Positions 59,664 through 64,000 of a stretch of DNA of 64,000 nt are shown here, in pieces. A program made the translations under genes and the position numbers. The notes beneath the pieces are model-generated. The model was not told where the DNA came from. It saw only the letters and a list, made by a program, of their open reading frames with translations, and made no database searches. This DNA is from Planctomycetota bacterium (GTDB lineage Bacteria; Planctomycetota; MHYJ01; WSZJ01). The stretch covers positions 1 through 64,000 of the forward strand of contig JBBTCT010000011.1 of assembly GCA_038060895.1 (NCBI GenBank). Reading direction: 5' to 3'. Position 1 is the stretch's first letter. Every line of letters starts with the position of its first letter.

Positions 59664-59698
59664 AAAACGCCGCCGGCCAAAAGCCGGCGGCGTTTCGC
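59664..59698 (+). terminator. intrinsic terminator
   Basis: AAACGCCGCCGGC caaaa GCCGGCGGCGTTT. Confidence 0.75.
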
Positions 59699-59760
59699 TA
59701 TTCAGGACCGCCCTTCCTTGCCCAACCGAATCCCTCGGATACAATCTCCTCACACGCCGC

Positions 59761-60807
59761 ATGCTGAAATCACTCGTCGCCTCCGCCGTCGTCGCCGCCT
59801 GTACCATCGGCGGCATCGTAGCCGTGCGCAAATCCTCCCCGGCGTACCCCGACTACAGCCTGCTCAACGCGCGCCTTCACGACCCGAACCCCGCAGTCCG
59901 CCAGGCCACGGTCACCGAAATGTTCCAGAAGGCGGACCTCGCCGCGACCCGCGCTCTCCTCTCCGTCGCACGCGAAAATGATTCGACCGTACTCGGCAAT
60001 CTCAACTTCGCCCTCCTGTCCACCCGCAACAAGCCCTCCGTCGATTGGCTCACTTCAGAGGGCCTCACCTTCCCTGAACGCTGGACTCGCTACTACGCCG
60101 TCCGCATCCTCTGGCGGGAAGAAAACACGGCCGCGCTCCCGCGACTCCTCCCGCTCCTCGCCGATAACTACTGGCAGGTCCAGGTCGCCATCCTCGACGC
60201 ACTCGCAGAGTCCGGCGACCTTTCGCAGGCCGGCGAACCCCTCGGCGCCGCCGCTTCACCTGGAAAAAACTGGGAAGTCCGCTCGCGCGCCATCCGCCTC
60301 CTGGGCCAGGCGAATTCCGCCGCGGCCGCACGCACACTCCTCGAAAAGGCTCTCCCTCCCACGACAGGTCCTGCGGAGTCCGAGGCGGAACGAGCCGTGG
60401 AAGAGGCGCTTTCCGGCATGACGGACGCCGATGCGCTCAAAGTGGTGGCCGAGGGACTGACCGGGACGGATCTCACTCGAAAACTCCTCGCCGTGAAGGT
60501 GCTGGGCCGGGCGAAGAGCTCGGATGCGGTGGCAAAGTTCAAAGAAATTGCCGGTGACGCAACCGCCGCTACGCCGCTTCGCATCGCGGCCATCCGCGCG
60601 CTGGTGCTGGCGGGAGGCGAAGAGGGCGTCTCTTCGACAATCAAGGCGATGGACGGCGGAGAGGCCGCGATCAGGCTGGAAGCGGCGTACGCGCTCTCGG
60701 AAGCGACCTTGAGCCCTGCACAGAAAGACGAAGTGAAGGCGCTGGCTGCGAAGGAGCAGGATTGGCGCGTGAAGCAGGCGCTTCAGATCGCTGCGGGAGA
60801 ACGCTGA
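59761..60807 (+). CDS. membrane-anchored HEAT/PBS-lyase repeat protein
   Basis: N-terminal hydrophobic helix; repeats DPNPAVRQA, WQVQVAILDAL, WEVRSRAIRLLG, IRLEAAYAL. Confidence 0.85.
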   Translation: MLKSLVASAVVAACTIGGIVAVRKSSPAYPDYSLLNARLHDPNPAVRQATVTEMFQKADLAATRALLSVARENDSTVLGNLNFALLSTRNKPSVDWLTSEGLTFPERWTRYYAVRILWREENTAALPRLLPLLADNYWQVQVAILDALAESGDLSQAGEPLGAAASPGKNWEVRSRAIRLLGQANSAAAARTLLEKALPPTTGPAESEAERAVEEALSGMTDADALKVVAEGLTGTDLTRKLLAVKVLGRAKSSDAVAKFKEIAGDATAATPLRIAAIRALVLAGGEEGVSSTIKAMDGGEAAIRLEAAYALSEATLSPAQKDEVKALAAKEQDWRVKQALQIAAGER

Positions 60808-61364
60808 TGCGCTTCTTCTTCATCTTCGCGCTGGTCTCGGCAACGGCCTGGTCGGAGCCGGCGGCGACAACGCGTCCTGTCCAGGCGCCGGAGCCGGATT
60901 TCGCGGGTGCCGGGGAATCGGTCCCCGTGGAGATTGAAAAGGACGGGTACAAGGCGAAGCTGTCGTGGTTCCCGGCGGTGCCGAAGCCGGGCGACCTGGT
61001 GCGCTACCGGCTGGCGATCACGATTCCCGGAGGCGCCGCGCCGGCGTTGCTGGTGAGAGCGACGATGACGAAGACGGCTCCCGGCGACGCGTATGACCTG
61101 CTGCCCAAGTCGGAAGTGCCGCCTGAGGCGACTCCCCAGGACGGCCGCTACGTCTTTACGCAGACGATTTTCGTGCCGGGGACGTATCGATTGACGATCG
61201 ACGCGGACGATCTGGAGGCGGGACGGTCGCTGAAATTTGAATTCGCTCCTGCGACCATCGGGACGTCGTCGTCGAATGCGCTGGCCTACGGGATCGGGAT
61301 CGCCGGCCTTGCGCTGATCGTCATCCTGATCGCGTTCGGGCTGAGAAGGCCGGCGGCCGAGTAG
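60807..61364 (+). CDS. exported Ig-like hypothetical protein with C-terminal TM anchor
   Basis: TGATG overlap; signal peptide; beta-rich core (PGTYRLTI); TM helix followed by RR. Confidence 0.7.
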   Translation: MRFFFIFALVSATAWSEPAATTRPVQAPEPDFAGAGESVPVEIEKDGYKAKLSWFPAVPKPGDLVRYRLAITIPGGAAPALLVRATMTKTAPGDAYDLLPKSEVPPEATPQDGRYVFTQTIFVPGTYRLTIDADDLEAGRSLKFEFAPATIGTSSSNALAYGIGIAGLALIVILIAFGLRRPAAE

Positions 61365-62606
61365 TTATCGGCCAGCTTCCCCGACGGACACGTAGCGCCC
61401 CCACGCGTTCAACTCGACTCCGCTTCCAGGCCGCGCCAGCGAGTAGAACACGCCGCGAGCCAGCGGGATGACCAGTCGCGCGTCGAGGAGGGCCGCCTCG
61501 AGGGCGCGCGCCCATTCGGCGCGTTCCGCGGGCTCGAGGGCTGATTGGAGGGACTCGAAGAGCGGGGCGAGCTCGGGGTGGTCCGTGGAGAGAGAGCGCA
61601 GAGGGCGGAAGAAGTCATCGAGCGCGGGGGTTTCGGCGACGAGCACCGCGATGCGGAGGCGCGCGATGTGGCCGGCCGTGGGATCGGAAGATGTCAGGCC
61701 TGTGCGCCGGAGCGCCTCGCGAATTGGCGCGAGGAACAGGCCCGCTTCCAGGCGCAACGGATCGGCCGCGAGCGTCAGGGAAGCGGGGATCTTTCCGGGC
61801 CGGGCCGGGCGGGGAGAAGCGGGCTCGGCGAGTCCCAGCACGGCGGGGACCAACCTATGAGCCGCGCGCCCGGCGTCAAAGAGCGCTCGTTTGCTCAGGG
61901 CCTCGGCGTCGATGGCTTCCGCGACGGCCGCGCGCTGACCGGCGTCCTCGAGATCGAGGATGAGGACGAGAGTGAACGCGGCCTCGAGGGTGCGGAAGGC
62001 GGGGTCGTTGCGGACTGCGGTTGCGTAACCGGGCGGGATGAAGTCGAGCCGGGCGAGATGGCCGGCGCGAAAGGCGTCGATGGACTGGCGCGGGTCGTCA
62101 GATGAGCCGAATCGCAGTGTGAGGCGGCCTTGCGCGCGGGGGGAGAAAAGGCGCCATTCGGCGCCTAAAAGCGTGGGCGGAGCAAAATCCCCGTTTGCAA
62201 CAGGTGCGGCGGCGCAGAGCCGGGCGGGCAGGTCCGCGTCCGGAATGTCGAGGCGGACGGCCAGCGTCGCGGGATCCACGGCGGACGCGGTTCCTGGACC
62301 CGGCCAGGAGGAGGCCCAATCGGCGGCGCGGTCCACTTCGAAAGTCCAGCGGCGGAAGTCAGGTGAGTGGCTCCAGGATCGCGCGGCCGAGGGCGCGGCC
62401 CCGCCGCCGGGGGCGGGTGAAGCGAGGGGGCGGCCGGAGAGATGGGCGGTCGAGAACTGGAGAAGGGGCGAGCCGCGCTCGGCGCAGACGACGACGGCGG
62501 TCGCGGTCACGGGCGGCCGCGGCCGTGGCGGCTTGGGCTTCGAACCGCCGCAGGCGGCGAGGAGCGGAAGGGCAAAAAGGGCCGGGGCGGCGAGGAGGCG
62601 GCTCAC
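61365..62606 (-). CDS. divergent family-5 (oligopeptide-type) ABC substrate-binding lipoprotein
   Basis: LAACG lipobox; SWSHSPDFRRWTF, RAAVAEAIDAEAL, LEAALLDARLVIPL. Confidence 0.6.
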   Translation of the reverse strand: MSRLLAAPALFALPLLAACGGSKPKPPRPRPPVTATAVVVCAERGSPLLQFSTAHLSGRPLASPAPGGGAAPSAARSWSHSPDFRRWTFEVDRAADWASSWPGPGTASAVDPATLAVRLDIPDADLPARLCAAAPVANGDFAPPTLLGAEWRLFSPRAQGRLTLRFGSSDDPRQSIDAFRAGHLARLDFIPPGYATAVRNDPAFRTLEAAFTLVLILDLEDAGQRAAVAEAIDAEALSKRALFDAGRAAHRLVPAVLGLAEPASPRPARPGKIPASLTLAADPLRLEAGLFLAPIREALRRTGLTSSDPTAGHIARLRIAVLVAETPALDDFFRPLRSLSTDHPELAPLFESLQSALEPAERAEWARALEAALLDARLVIPLARGVFYSLARPGSGVELNAWGRYVSVGEAGR

Positions 62607-62616
62607 GCGGACATTA

Positions 62617-63243
62617 TCACCGAGGGAGCATCGCCGCGATCTCGGTTTCCATCGCGGCGGCCGCTTCTTCCCACGTCACCCGCCTGTTCGCCTCCGCCTC
62701 GATGGTTGTCATCGGGCAGCCTGGCATCCCGCAGGGGTGGATGAGCGCGAAATGAGCGAGATCAGGGCAGGCGTTGAGGGCGAAACCGTGGGTGGAGATA
62801 CCGCGGGAGACGTGGATGCCGACGGAGCCAATTTTCTTTCCGCCGACCCAGGTGCCGATCGTCTCGCGGCCGGCGGTGGCGGCGACCCCGAAGCGTCCGC
62901 AGGCGCGGACCATGGCGTCCTCGAGCCCGTGGACGAAGGCGGCGACGCCGAGGCGAAAGGTCGGCAGGTGCAGGATCGGGTAACCGACGACCTGGCCGGG
63001 GCCGTGCCAGGTCACGTCACCGCCGCGGTCGCAGCGTTCGACGTCGATGCCGCGCCGGCGAAGCTCGTCCTCGGCGACCAGCAGGCTCTCCGCGCGCGCA
63101 TTGCGGCCGAGCGTGAACACCGGGGGGTGCTCGACGAGCACGAGATGCGCGACTCCCCGCTCCTCCCGGGCGCGCGCCGCAAGCTCCCGCTGAAGGTCAA
63201 GCGCCGCGCGCCATGCCAGCCTGCCCGGGCGGTGGATGATCAG
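62617..63243 (-). CDS. lipB: lipoyl(octanoyl) transferase LipB; probable CTG start
   Basis: LVEHPPVFTLG, DRGGDVTWHGPGQVVGYP, KIGSVG, THGFALN, IHPCG. The LipB-like N-terminus extends upstream to CTG 63243. Confidence 0.92.
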   Translation of the reverse strand: MIIHRPGRLAWRAALDLQRELAARAREERGVAHLVLVEHPPVFTLGRNARAESLLVAEDELRRRGIDVERCDRGGDVTWHGPGQVVGYPILHLPTFRLGVAAFVHGLEDAMVRACGRFGVAATAGRETIGTWVGGKKIGSVGIHVSRGISTHGFALNACPDLAHFALIHPCGMPGCPMTTIEAEANRRVTWEEAAAAMETEIAAMLPR

Positions 63244-64000
63244 CGTCGTTTCAGCTCTTCCATCTGGTCGTCAAACTCCTGCTGCATGCGGGGAACGCTG
63301 AACTCGATGACGCCTTCCGACATCAGCTTCAGCGCGGCAGCCGCCCTCGCTCTCCTGAGCATCTCATTCCTCAACATGAAGATGATCGCATGCTGCGCTT
63401 CCTCGAAAGACGTCTTGCGCGCGTCTTCACGCCCGACAACGCGCGCGAGATACCACGTCCCCGACTCCCCCTTGACCGGCCCGACGAACGCCCCCTCGAC
63501 CGCCTTGAATGCCTCGCCGGCAAGCGCGGGCTCGAGGTCGGTTTTCGTGCGCCACTGGAGGTCGACAGGCGCCTCCTGCTGGATTTCCGCGTCGCGGTAC
63601 TTCGTCAGTCCCGCGAAGTCCGCGCCCGCGTCGACTTGCTTGCGGATGCTCTCGGCGAGCCGGCGCGCGCGCCCCTCCGCGCCGCGCTGGCTCTTGATCT
63701 CCAGGACAAGGAGCCTCACCCGCTCGGGGTGCTGGAATTCCTCCGGATGCTCAACAAACCAGGCGAGCGCAACTGCGGGCGGCACGAAAACCGCCGTCCG
63801 GTCCATTTCCTCGTGGAGCACGATCTCCATGATCATCTCCGACTTCAGTCCCTCTTTCCACTTGGTCATCGTCAGATCGCTCTGCGCCAGCATCTCCTTG
63901 AATTTCTCCCGGTCCCCTCCAGCCTCCCGCTTCACAATCTCCTCTTCGCGGTCCTCGACCTCCTGGTCGCTGATCACGATTCCATACTTCCTGGCCTTCT
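63240..64000 (-). CDS. SurA/PpiC-type peptidylprolyl isomerase/chaperone, C-terminal part; runs off the right edge
   Basis: ISDQEVED...FKEML, HPEEFQHPERVRL, GADFAGL, GPVKGESGTWYL, SFEEAQHAI. Confidence 0.8.
   Translation of the reverse strand, partial: KARKYGIVISDQEVEDREEEIVKREAGGDREKFKEMLAQSDLTMTKWKEGLKSEMIMEIVLHEEMDRTAVFVPPAVALAWFVEHPEEFQHPERVRLLVLEIKSQRGAEGRARRLAESIRKQVDAGADFAGLTKYRDAEIQQEAPVDLQWRTKTDLEPALAGEAFKAVEGAFVGPVKGESGTWYLARVVGREDARKTSFEEAQHAIIFMLRNEMLRRARAAAALKLMSEGVIEFSVPRMQQEFDDQMEELKRR

Noticed and set aside
57758-59698. Near-identical ACGCCGCCGG stems as REP-like elements
   Set aside because: Both lie right after stop codons with T-rich tails; ordinary terminators explain them.

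Overview
GC-rich bacterial chromosomal window. Gene style suggests Planctomycetota/PVC, but that is an inference. It begins with a truncated IS91-family HUH transposase that the ORF track missed. Housekeeping genes follow: aconitase, mdh, tricorn protease, mgtE, MscS, glyQS, ppk2, mnmG, speB with a pyruvoyl arginine decarboxylase, hemE-hemH-hemY, groEL/groES, a beta-CASP nuclease, rimK, GH57, lipB and a SurA-like PPIase. Interspersed are several families of exported paralogues I cannot assign. The main finding is at 53.7-59.7 kb: three consecutive transcription units (a 1220-aa PilX/GspK-like protein, an exported YPDGT-domain protein and a 74-aa exported Pro/Gly/Asp peptide). Each has a sigma54 -24/-12 promoter preceded by the same motif, CGTTAC-N5-GGTA-N15/16-GTAAC, at 135, 136 and 124 bp, which suggests an undescribed enhancer-controlled surface module. 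Other points of interest: a tandem trio of exported proteins with six CxxC motifs; a shared N-terminal LK(D/N)G module in six proteins; a Cys-rich ferrochelatase insertion and a CMD-Rieske fusion in the hem operon; an in-frame membrane extension beyond the mdh amber codon; a probable CTG start for lipB; several apparently leaderless genes; and a probable homopolymer assembly error in the groEL tail. I found no rRNA, tRNA or CRISPR array. All product calls come from manual motif recognition; no database searches were run.
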